Assembly: GCA_965203295.1 (NCBI GenBank)
Contig: CBDBCZ010000017.1
Span: 960,001 to 1,024,000, forward strand
Direction of reading: 5' to 3'
DNA: 64,000 bases
DNA from: Nitrospirales bacterium
GTDB taxonomy: Bacteria; Nitrospirota; Nitrospiria; Nitrospirales; UBA8639
Made by a program: the position numbers and the translations under genes. The notes beneath the pieces were generated by a model. It saw nothing but the letters and a program-made list of their open reading frames with translations, was not told the origin of the DNA and ran no database searches. Position 1 is the first letter of the stretch. Each line of letters starts with the position of its first letter. Below are positions 51,865 through 64,000 of the stretch, piece by piece.

Positions 51865-51998
51865 AGAGAAAGGGTGAGAGGGAGGGAGAGAGTGTGTGAG
51901 TTAGTGAGAGAGCATACATGTACGCATGAGAGAGAAAAGAGGGAGAGTGTGTAACGATTGCGTATGTGTGTAAGTGTGAGGTGTGTGTGTGTGTGTGC

Positions 51999-52048
<50 letters not shown>

Positions 52049-52160
52049 CAATGTACGTGTGAGCAATACATCAAATATGTGTGAGTGTGCCCAAGGCCTA
52101 TACTCAAATATCCTAATCCCAGGTAGAGAAGCCATATCACATATCACCTCTCCGCTGGTG

Positions 52161-52713
52161 TTACTGTTCCTTGTCACTCCAGTGACTGTCTGGTACCTCG
52201 CTTGCACTCTTCTCCCTCTGGAGAAGGTGCTCCCGCTCCTGGTAAGGGAGAGAGGTGACTAGTGAGCACCCAGCCGTCTTTCTCACAACACCAATTTCCC
52301 TTCCCTTCCTTTCCCTCTCACATACACCCGCTCACTCACTCACTCACTTATCCACGCACACATTTACTCCCTCCCCACCCACTCCCTCACCCACTCACTC
52401 ACCAACCTACATGTACTCATTCACCCGCTCCTTCACCCACCGACACACCCACCCACTTACTCCCTTACTCACTCACCCACCCACACACACACCCACCCAC
52501 TCAATCCTCCCTCACTAACTCACCCACCCACTCACCCACCGGCCCACTCTCACTCACTCCCTCGCCAACTCACACACCCACCACCCACTCACTCACCTTA
52601 GTAAAACACTTCCAGAAGGCGGACTGCTCCTGAGTACACCAGCCAAACCAGCTCTCCCGGAAACAGCGCTTCAACCTGATGTGTTCCTGCTCACAGCTCA
52701 CCAGGGCCTGTAT
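52161..52713 (-). CDS. Last two exons of a small twin-CX9C (CHCH/CMC-like) protein, probably mitochondrial intermembrane space
   Basis: Exon 52713-52597 (ttgcag|..AAG|GTGAGT) encodes IQALVSCEQEHIRLKRCFRESWFGWCTQEQSAFWKCFTK, a CX9C-X8-CX9C pattern. Exon 52238-52161 encodes EREHLLQREKSASEVPDSHWSDKEQ-stop in phase. Upstream exons (candidates near 56050-56090 and 57370-57430) are not resolved. Confidence 0.65.
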
Positions 52714-54361
52714 CTGCAATTGTCGCAGGACGGGATCATTCAGTCATATATATGTAGCTAGGTATACCGTATAGTGCTTACATTTCGCGGGTCTTAAATT
52801 TCATAAGTTTCGCGAATTTGGAACGATTTGCAAAATTATTTCAACGAAAAATTCTACACTTCCGCATACATGTACATGTACATGTAGATAGCCAATATAG
52901 TAAAGTGCATAGACCTACATGTACTATCTATCATTTTGGTACTTCAAGAGCGACAGTATGCGGGGTCTAAGTTGCCAGATCCACAAGGAGCGCTCTCCAA
53001 ACACGTGCCCTCATCCGCGATATTTGCGGCAAACAGTGAAGTGCTGTACTTCAGCTATCTGCTGCGGGTGCGAAGGTCAGGGGAGCATACCTGAAAATGA
53101 GCGCAAAGAAGGCCAAAATTGAAAAGCGAGCAGCAGAGCATGGAGTGCCACAATTTACTACTAAGCTTCCTGTAAATCTGTGCGCATTTAGTTACTCAGG
53201 AACGCTCCGCCCATAAATTCATTAGTACGTGGGTGTGGCAATTTGAGCAACAAATTTGCAAAAATATTTCAACGAAATGTTCATAAATGGCTATTTGCGA
53301 AATTTTAGACCCTGCCAAATTTAAGCGCTATACGAAATACATGTATCTTATTGGATGGGTAGCCGCCCAATATCACAGGATATTGAACGAATCTGTGCTA
53401 CATTTGGGTAAGTCCGTAGGACAGGCCAAATACAAGCAAGATGAGTCCAATGTCCAACGATATTGGACAGCTACCCATTCAATGAGAAATTTATTGTACA
53501 TCGCACACACCAATGATTCTAAATTGCCTGTTCACCAAGCTGTCCAATATCACTGGATATTGAATGGTTTCCCATATAGATAGTGGTACTTCAACCATTT
53601 ACCCACCATTGATGCATATACAGTATGCGTCATGAGCTCCCATAAGCCCATATGAATTTATATGAGGGTTTTAATATAAGGCGTTAATACTTTGTACAGG
53701 CTTTTCAGCTTCTGTAGGCTGTTTCTTATGGTTGGTAAAGGGTTAAACTATCACACAACTAGAAATCTGACTTTTCAACTGTATATCTCTACACAAATAT
53801 AGCAAACTATTTTACAGGTGGGAGGAACAATGGGTGGCTCCACATAGTCTGAAAATCATACAGGTACATGTACATGAAACATCAAAACAAGGGGCATCCT
53901 TGTTGAGAACATTAATGATGCCTGTTACACCATTAGGCCTACATAGGATCATTACTCTACCACATGCACAGCAACAACAGACCCTTTACCATTATGACAT
54001 AATGAGAGTAGGCACTAAATGGAAAATTTATATGGAAACATGCATGTTTTGTGCTTCCACATTTCATGTTACAATTTACATAAAAGCACAAAAACATGTA
54101 TGTTTGCATGTATGCCTAGCTGGCCTCCTGTTACTCCCATTACATCAGAATGTTAAAAGGGTTGTTAGGTAGGGGTACATGGAGCATGAAAGCTCATCTA
54201 CATGTATACAGGAGGTAAATACAGTTACATGTTGCAGAAACTAGGCAAGGATGCTGTACAATACAATATACATGTAGGTGAACAGAGGGAAATAGAGCAC
54301 AGTTGATGCAGAGCATACTGGGAAAAAGAGAACTTTCTGACAAGCTGGCTTGTCAGTTTAC

Positions 54362-54451
<90 letters not shown>

Positions 54452-54470
54452 CACACACACACACATGCAC

Positions 54471-54505
<35 letters not shown>

Positions 54506-54590
54506 CATTCTAGGTGGCTAGAGTTACAACAGTTTTCAAGAACTTAGCAAACCAGAAACAGTAAAACCACAGCTAGTGTAGTTGGTTTGA

Positions 54591-55243
<653 letters not shown>

Positions 55244-58200
55244 CAAGAAGTGACCACTTTGGGGTTACTCTATTAGCTTGCAAAGGTAGTGAAAACTGCT
55301 GTACAGTACGTAAATGTGCCAGGGCACTTCCTCTGGTGTTCTTGTTCACATGACATAACTAAATTCATATACATGTGGTGTGGCATGCATGTGTACACGT
55401 CATATCTGATCTGCCTAATCAACATGTAAATCTACCTAGAAACAAAGTAGTAACAAATGTCACAACAACAACTTCAGCCACTAAATTAAAACCCGGACAT
55501 GTGCATCTAGAGTGATGCTCTTCCCTTCAAACTACTTAAACTTTGGTGTGGGTAAGAGCTTGGTTGCCCTGTGCTTCTTGCACTCCCATGCAATGATGGA
55601 TAGAAATTACGCATAAAGCTTGTTCAACCTGCCCTCTGGGGTGAATAAACTACAACTCAACACCAGCCGTGGATCGTTCTTGCTAATGATTGTTCCAAAG
55701 CAATGGAATGGCTCTTTTGATACCCAGGGTCTCGTACTACATGTATACAGAGTCGCTCACTCTGTGTAGGCCATTGGGATGAAAAGATCCTCCGACAAAA
55801 TTTATGACTCCCACACGGTATAAGTACAGAAAACGCATGTGAGACGTCACGTGAATTGCAAAAGAACTAATATTTTTTCACCAAAATCAGCCCATTTAGT
55901 TAACTAATACTAAAGTGACCCTGTTTTCTTTTTAGTTGATTAACAAAAACTAAAGTATATTCTCCATTAGTTTTTTTACTAAAACTAAATCTAATATGTG
56001 AACCCATACTAAAACAACTAGTACATTCTCTACGACATTACCCTGAGCTTTCACCTTGATGTCGTCTAGTCTCTTCTTCTCGCTCTCTGTTCTACCAAAC
56101 AAGCGTCCATCCATAGAGCAAGCACCTGCATGTATGCATGCATGCACATGTGTACTTGAGAACTGGAAGTATTGACCAGCAACTCCTAGCTCAGGGAAGG
56201 CCTGAGTTTGAGGTTGGACAGACACTCCTGAGAGCGAGGAAAGGACTGTAGTATATGCTTTATGCTAGCCTCGTACGGGGAAGGCCTGGGTACGAGGCTA
56301 GGTTTATGCATGTACTTACATACACACACATATACAAGCAATTTCCTTTGGTTTTCGAGGAAATTAAAGGAGTGTTTCACCACTCCCTGGAACAGCAATC
56401 AAGGATGGAGACAGAATAAAAGGTTTGTAGGTTGGCTGACTGTTGTCCAGTGCAATGGGTAAATTGAAGTTGACTGTATAAACTGTTAGCCTTTGATTCT
56501 GACAGCCTAACCTAATTAAGCACTTAAGAGCCACTGCCTATTTGCCCTCTCCTGTGGACAACCAATTAGAAAACTTCTGTACGTAAGTACATACTAGGCC
56601 TTGGGGACAGAACAGTAGTCACGTATCATGGGACAGGATGGTGTGGCCATTTTCATTTGAGAAACAGACAACAGCCATGATAAGCAGGCAGAAATGCATA
56701 CACGTGTACGTGTACAGTGGAACCCCTCTGAAAGGACACCCCTGAAATAAGTACACTTCAGAATCTGTATTAAGGACACTTTGCTGTGTCCCAAATATGC
56801 TTTCTTAATGCAAATTTCCCCCCAAAATGAGGACACCTTTCTACATGTATATAGGACACTTTCACCAAGTCTCCAAGGTGTCCACATAAGAGGGGTTCCA
56901 CTGAAATAATTACAAGTCACTTTCTGTACCCAGCTTCTCTGTACAATGTACTACATGTAGTACTCACTTACTCTACAGTAATGGACTACTGGAGTAGCAA
57001 TTTACGGAACAAAGGAACAGCTATGTGCCTGTGAAGTGGGAACACACGATGTCTACAGCTACAGATCTACAGTGCAAGCAATAGTTCCATAATAGATGCA
57101 GGCATTAGAGACACGTGTATGGGAGAATTAGAGCACACGATGTCTACAGCTCCAGATCTACAGTGCAAGCAATAGTTCCATAATAGATGCAGGCATTAGA
57201 GACATGTGTATGGGAGAATTAGGGTCCATTTCACAAATTGTACACAGCTACAAGTACAACAATCTGTCAAGTAATGATGGAGAGTTGAGAGAGTATAGCT
57301 TGAGTCTTATAAATTGTACTGGGACTACAGTGGAACCCCTCTAGAATGTAGAGTAGAATGAAGCCACACCCTCTGCTCCGCCCACTCCTCCATGTATTGC
57401 TTTCTAAAGGCATCGATTTCTTCCTTTATGGCTGCAACATAGGTTAAAATAAAGTGGTGCTGAAGTGATACAGGTATGCTAACAATCACGCAAAGAATGT
57501 AAGTGTGCCTCTGAATACAGTTCTCCCTTGTCATAAAGTTTTACAGCGGGATCTGGTGAAGTGTCCTGTACAGAGAGGTGTCCTCATTTCAGGGGTAAAT
57601 TTACAGCATATTTGGGAGGTAGCAAAGTGTCCTTAATACAAAGGTGTCCTTATTTCAGGGGTGTCCTCTGATCGGGGTTCCACTGTATACTTCCATTGTA
57701 TACAATAGTATACAAGTAATTGGACCTATAAATAAATATGGGCCAGACAGACAGTCTGTGAATATCATTGTCAAGTATGGTATCCTGATAGACTGTGATA
57801 GTCAGATTAAATTGTGGCATTATTAATTGTCAGCTGTCCACATGCAGCTGGGGTCTAGGAGGAAAAGGTAAGTGTATACCTAATTAACACCAATGGGATC
57901 AAAGCCCACATCAAGTACATGTAGCCTCCTGACTATAGGGCTGAGCCTATCGTGCTCAAAAAATACCCATAATGCTATGCTGCACTGCTTCAAAATCTTC
58001 CTATCATGCTCAAATTATGCTCATTGAGTGTGACCCTCACAGCGAAAACTAACCATCTGGACTGCTTTACAACTTCAAGTATGCGTGGGTGGTGCATATT
58101 TTCATAATTAATTTCTAGTATGTTCGCTGCTATTGGACCACTCCTCTACAAGGTTGAGCCATTGGTAGCTTGCTGAGTTTCCGCTACACATTAATTAAAT

Positions 58201-58575
58201 GATGTACATGTACATGTAATTTCCTCAAGAAATCTGCCTATTACGCTCGCATTATGCTCAATGCTTTTGGGTACCTATTAAGCTCATTTTATTGCCAGCA
58301 TAATTGGCTCACTCTTACTCTTGACCACACTTCCCCCCTCCCTGCAAGTCGACTTATGTGGGCATACATGTGTTGGCATGGTCATGAGACCAGTACATGT
58401 ACATCAGCTGCTATTATGAAGCTTAATAATTTTGTACAGTTGGGTATGCAGGCTGACCCATGCAATACAGAAGGTTGACCCTTGGTTATTAAGGTCGCTT
58501 TATGACTGGATAGTGACAGGGATTGAGAAAAGTGTAGCCGTAGATGTTTGAAGGGCTCAGCCTCTAGATTAACTA

Positions 58576-59000
58576 TTTTTACCAGCCGGAGCGCGCGAAC
58601 GGCTGGTTCTAAGATTGCTTTACGTTTTACGCGTTTGTTTGTTTGTTTGTCTGTCTGTTTGTGCGTCTGCACTTATCACGTGCGCAATATATTGCGTCCT
58701 ACGTTACTATGCAACTGCAGTGTATAGCAGCTTTTGGAGGTTTACAGGCCAAGCCACAGCAAATGAAGGTAGTTTTGTGTTGCCTAGATGGCGAAAACGT
58801 GGTAGGTAGCTGTAAAGATCCTGGTTTTGTGGGATAGAGCTGCTAACTGTTACAGGCGCATGACGAAACTGCTGAGTCAGCACTTTCACTGTACCGCGTT
58901 CTACAGCTGTAGTTTAATAGCTTGGCCTAAGCTGAGTTGTGTGTATTGTACGGGAAAGGCGTCCGGCTGGTTTTTGAGACATGAAATATCAGACTTGTTT
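58576..59000 (+). mobile_element. DINE-1/HINE-like element
   Basis: 5' TTTTTACCAGCCGGA with inverted CGGCTGGT, then (GTTT/GTCT)n, then 3' TCCGGCTGGT. Confidence 0.6.
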
Positions 59001-59135
59001 CATTTTCAGGTTCATCGTGTTTAGGAGATGGGGGGAGAGACCTAATGAGAGAGTAGGAATTGGCTGGGTCCTACTGGCAAGTGCTACTAGCGGGTTTAGT
59101 GGCAATATAAAGCTTGCCTACTGCTCCTCTGCCAA

Positions 59136-59214
59136 GGGGCTTCAGTAGCTCAGTTGGTAAGAGCATCTGATTAGTATTTCAGAAGGTCCTGGGTTCAATC
59201 CCCAGCTGGGTCCC
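59136..59214 (+). pseudogene. tRNA-like sequence (Thr-AGT-like pseudo-tRNA or tRNA-derived SINE part)
   Basis: A box TAGCTCAGTTGG, B box GGTTCAATCCC, T stem CTGGG/CCCAG, anticodon stem TCTGA/TCAGA. The loop is 8 nt (TTAGTATT) and the acceptor stem is weak. T runs follow. Confidence 0.6.
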
Positions 59215-59422
59215 ATAGTTTTTCTTCTTTTTTGGGGGGGGAGGGGAGGGGGGATTTCTTTACTCTCTCAGAAAGTTTAGCATCTCCAAGAGTTTGCAAT
59301 GTGTATGTTGTGCTTGTAGGAAACCCCTGCACATCCCCTACCAGGTAGCTAGTGCTCTGTATGGAAATTTTGGTTAAGAGCAGCAGGTACTATAACTATA
59401 GAGGCTTCCCTACATGTATACA

Positions 59423-59869
59423 TTAATTGGGCGAGCGTGAGCGAGCCCCACACTAGTGTGTTCAATTGCAAGTTTGTCTGTGCGTACGGTGTACGTACGT
59501 ACGTACGTCCGTACGTACGCACGTACGCACATACCGCATACGCTTCAAATAGTTTCCGTAATATTCCAAATTGTTCACGTGGCCACGGTGGCTGCAGTGC
59601 AGCTAGCTTAGGGATGCTCTCACAGAGTAGACGGCAGCGGAAAAGGCTACAGCGTTGCCGTATATATCCCCAGGTTGGCGATAAGTCACATTGGAACAGC
59701 AGAGAGCGAGTTCTAGAGCCAGAAGAGTTGTCATTTCTCCAGGCCACCGACAGTGACACTGAGACGAGAGAAGGAGCCAAAAGAGCTGCTGAGGGCGCGT
59801 CGCCGCTAACGTACGCATGGGCTAATACCTCGCTCACGCTCGCCCCACAATGCTCTGCATTCACCTAGT
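59423..59869 (+). mobile_element. DINE-1/HINE-like element
   Basis: 5' GGGCGAGCGTGAGCGAG, then (GTAC)n, then 3' CTCGCTCACGCTCGCCC, stem AATGC-TCT-GCATT, ending CTAGT. Confidence 0.7.
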
Positions 59870-60437
59870 ATTACACTTTTTGGGTTTAAATTGTGCAAAT
59901 CGCTACTCTTGTGCCCGGACTGGCGCTCCTCTCACACGCTTTGACGGTCTGGTAACTTGATTTGAATTTTTTTGTTTCTAACACGTACCTTAGTGATCTG
60001 GAACTTCAAAGCACGAATCTAATCGCGGAAAATGTAATTGAACGTGTATGACATCACCGAGCGTGCATATATCAAATAACAAGGAACGTTCGTTCTCCGA
60101 TCATTGCATTTTTAGCATGCAAACACCTTTCGATTATTAACCCTCTCACATTCGCAAGGTTGACACGCCTCTACCTGTGACAATAATTTTAAATCAAGCT
60201 ACCAGACACTCTTTTCCAGGAGGGCACGAGACTAGCAAATCCCTGCATGTACATGTACATGCAGGCCCCCAAGAAGACTAGAACCACGATTCTGGAACAA
60301 TACCAAATGGTAGGCAAAACGGTATAGCATTGCGGTGAAGGTTCAGGATTATATCAAGACAAAGTCATGTGTACTGTTGCAGTACACCCACCACTGAGGC
60401 AATAAATTGTTACATTATTCAGTTGCTGTGTATGATC

Positions 60438-60951
<514 letters not shown>

Positions 60952-62444
60952 AAAATTCTTTTTGGCGATGCTATAGCCATGCAATTGTGATGAATACGAA
61001 GGAAAATGTGTTAGAATTGCAGGCATTGGAGAATAGCTACATGTAATAATTTCCTTCGTGCCTCGCCCAAGAATACTCTCCCTGTTGCTGCTATCGTTAA
61101 AAAAGCTCTAGGAGTTTTGTTGGCAATGAGACCTTACTAAAACCAGTACACGAACCTGGCTATACTTGTATCAATACTGAGCTACAAGCTATGCTATGCG
61201 AAAAATATGTTTCCCAACCCTGACCCTAACCTAAACTTCGCGCAAGCGTAATTTTCTTGGCACGGTTCTTATCAGGTGATCCCAAGCTATTGCGAGAATG
61301 TGCACACTGTACTTAAATTTTTAGCTACAGAACTACAGTGGAACCCCTCTTAAAGGTCACCCCTAAACTATTGAAGGATATCTCTGCACTAAGGACGCTT
61401 GGCCGTGGAGTTTTTTAATATACCTAAAATGAGCTAGGGTACCTATACGTACAATACAGAGGGGTTCCCATCCATCCAAGAAAGCTCTCATTAACATAAT
61501 TTTTCCCACACAAAAATAGTATCTACAGAGCTATACACGGACGTAACTCGTTTGACCTGCACTGGCTTGCTGAAACGCAACGCTGAGACCCAAGGTTATG
61601 GCTTCTTTGAAAGCAAACAAGTTTTTGATAACCATACGATACAAACACAAGCAAAAGTCGGTAAACGCACCCGAGTCTTCTCTTTCGCTTCTTTAGGCAC
61701 AGCTGGCAAATCTCGCAAGCCAGACTATCACCTGGCCATCAGTCACAGGCTTACATAGGAACATAGATAGGAACAAGTGTACAGCGAGATATACGGCTTC
61801 TACATGTGTAATTCTATAATACCATAGATAATATAGACTCCGTATCTATGATAATACCATACAAATTATATTAGTCAATAATAGTCTAGTACCTAGAATA
61901 GGTGTGCTTTATTTGGAAACATTTTAGCGGGAAATTGAAGAAGCAAGCTGTACGTTGATCTGTGCATGCTTTTCTCTGATCGTAAGTACTTTGCTAGTGA
62001 GATAAGCTTATGCTACTATTACTGCCATAAACGTTATGGGTAATTTCCAGCCTGAGTCCACAAATTCAAAATGATAGGAACCTTGGGTTAGAGTTTGTGC
62101 ACGGATTAGGGCAGGGTTAGAGATTGTGTAGGTTTAGATCTGGCTACTACTGAGCTGCAATTAGTCTAGCTTGCTATTCTCACCTTCTAGCTACCTAGGG
62201 ATCGCTTGCAGTATCTCGGCGGGAAAAGAGATACTGCAAGCGGTTTCTAGATGGGTAGAAGTGGATAGCTAGCTAGACTAAGCTACAATCAGGATAGCAT
62301 TCCCCGGCCCATGTAAATGTATGTGCTTCCTGCTGGACCAGTAGTCACTGTCACATCCAGATAGCTTATTTCCTGTGTACAATTGGATCGACCTTATCTA
62401 CATTGTTTTGTGTAACCCTCTAAATTGGCCTTGTAATGAGGTCC

Positions 62445-63789
62445 TGTCACGGAAATTTTGGTCCGGCGGAAAAATTGGTCCAGGGGACCAAATTTCCGGA
62501 ATATCGGTCCGGGCGGACCATTTTTTCCTGAAAATTTTGGTCCCCGTGTGAAAATAATGGTTCGACCTGCGCCATAAGCGAATTCTGTCTGCTACTGTAT
62601 TTCACGCTTGATAGAGTGAACTACTACACTAAGGTGGATGGCTACATGATTGAGTATATTGTATTGGCTTGTTTGTTGTCATAGCCTACGGCTACCGTCA
62701 ATAGCTTCGTTGTAAGCTTGCCGTGAGCGTATAGCTAGATCTACCGTATAGCCGGAAAAATTGGCGAGAATTAAATTTGGCGAAATCGCCAAAAACGGCT
62801 AAAATTAAATATTGGCGAAAATTAAATTTGGCGATTGTGTACGGCGAAGGCTATGGCGTAATTACGTAATCCTAGGCGCACAATGTGCAACGCTGCTGAA
62901 TATGTAAAGTTTTTGTCACTGAGCTCGACAATGGAGACGTTGGATTCGCCAATCTTACTATCCAGAAGCTTCGAAAAGTGTGTAGCAGCCTTTGTCGCTC
63001 CGTCGTCAGCGGAATACTTTCCAATTTGTGCCCTTTCTTGCGTGTGTTACTGTTATACTTGCCTCGAGGTGACCGTGTGACAGGCTTCAATCTCCAGATA
63101 GAGAGCGCTTTACAGCTTTGCTCGCGAGTTCGATATCCTTCCCGGACAGAGAGGAAACACGTACGTGGAGTGGGAACAACTTCTTTCTTGTAGCTGAATG
63201 CGCGCGTGGGTGTTACGTATTACATAATGCGTGAGAATTTTATTTGGCGAGAATTTAATTTGGCGATTTTTTACGATTCGCCAAATTAAAGTCCTCGCCA
63301 AATTTTCCGGCTATACGGTATACATTTTGTAGCTCCCAGGTCAGTACCACTTCGACCAAGAGAAAATGCTTCGCCATCTGTGGAACTGCTTCGAGAGAAG
63401 GAAGATGTCAATGATTCCATACAGTATCATCAGCATGCAAGCTGTAACGGGCCACAGAATCGACTTTACAGTCAGTAGACAAATTCCCGGTGTAGCTATA
63501 CTGAATCAGTTTGTAGGATATCGGTGCCTGTGACTGAGACACTGTCTCATACCTTTGTTTTAAACTACCTAATGGTTAAACTAAAGCTTAATATTAACTA
63601 TGCCATACATACAATGTCATGTATAAGCAAATTTTCAAGGTAAGACCAACTCTGCTAGAACTTGATGGGCGGACCAAAATTTTCAGGGTAGGACCAATTT
63701 ACCCGGAAAAAATGGTCCGGGGGACCAATTTTTCCAGCGGAAATTTTGGTCCTAGGACCATTTTTTCCAGGACCAAAATTCCAGTGACA
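62445..63789. mobile_element. Non-autonomous DNA transposon with repetitive GGTCC/GGACC subtermini and 4-bp TSD
   Basis: Termini TGTCAC.GGAA.TTTTGGTCC and GGACCAAAATTCCAGTGACA. GTCC is duplicated at 62441-62444 and 63790-63793. Confidence 0.75.
62744..63318. mobile_element. TA-flanked MITE nested in the 62445-63789 element (a half copy lies at about 17701-17797)
   Basis: TIR CCGTATAGCCGGAAAA.TTGGCGAG and its reverse complement, with TA flanks. Confidence 0.8.
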
Positions 63790-64000
63790 GTCCAACCCCC
63801 CAGGTTTTATTTTCCAACTGAGATAAAAGCTGAGGCTGGAAGGCCTGCCGTTAGTCTCGTTCCCAGACCCTCTACACATGCCCCGTCGAAAAAGTAGGAA
63901 AGGAAGGAGGGTCTGGTAAATGGGCATAAATGGCAGGGATAGACAAAACTATGTTTGCAATGCTTCAGTTGCACTTTAGCAATCTTTCATCAGGCATTAC

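Noticed and set aside
56040..57534. Complete upstream exon chain for the CX9C gene
   Set aside because: Several exon-like pieces exist (IKEEIDAFRKQYMEEWAEQR, TESEKKRLDDIK), but I could not link them with consistent phases.
59136..59214. Functional tRNA-Thr gene
   Set aside because: 8-nt anticodon loop, weak acceptor stem, and association with repeat sequence.
59349..59868. 171-aa and 143-aa overlapping ORFs
   Set aside because: They lie within a non-autonomous Helentron-like element with a (GTAC)n tract; no domain recognised.

Overview
Intron-containing, repeat-rich animal genomic DNA. A demosponge-like origin is an inference from gene style and repeat landscape, not proven. The main content is a head-to-tail minus-strand array of six synaptotagmin-like tandem-C2 (C2A-C2B) genes between 1 and 51.5 kb. 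All six begin with an N-terminal cysteine cluster and have no transmembrane helix, an SYT17/B-K-like architecture. I rebuilt five complete exon chains with GT-AG junctions and intact frames; the sixth copy is cut by the window edge. Copy 3 is a chimera of copies 2 and 4, with a crossover window of about 18 bp. The paralogues differ in their Ca2+-ligand aspartates, including an in-frame loop deletion in copy 2. A small twin-CX9C protein gene, missed by the ORF track, ends about 640 bp upstream of copy 6. The rest is MITEs, Helentron/DINE-1-like elements, LINE fragments, a tRNA-derived element, mini- and microsatellites, interstitial telomeric repeat, and an unusual array of about 20 conserved hairpins with variable spacers at 25.2-26.1 kb.
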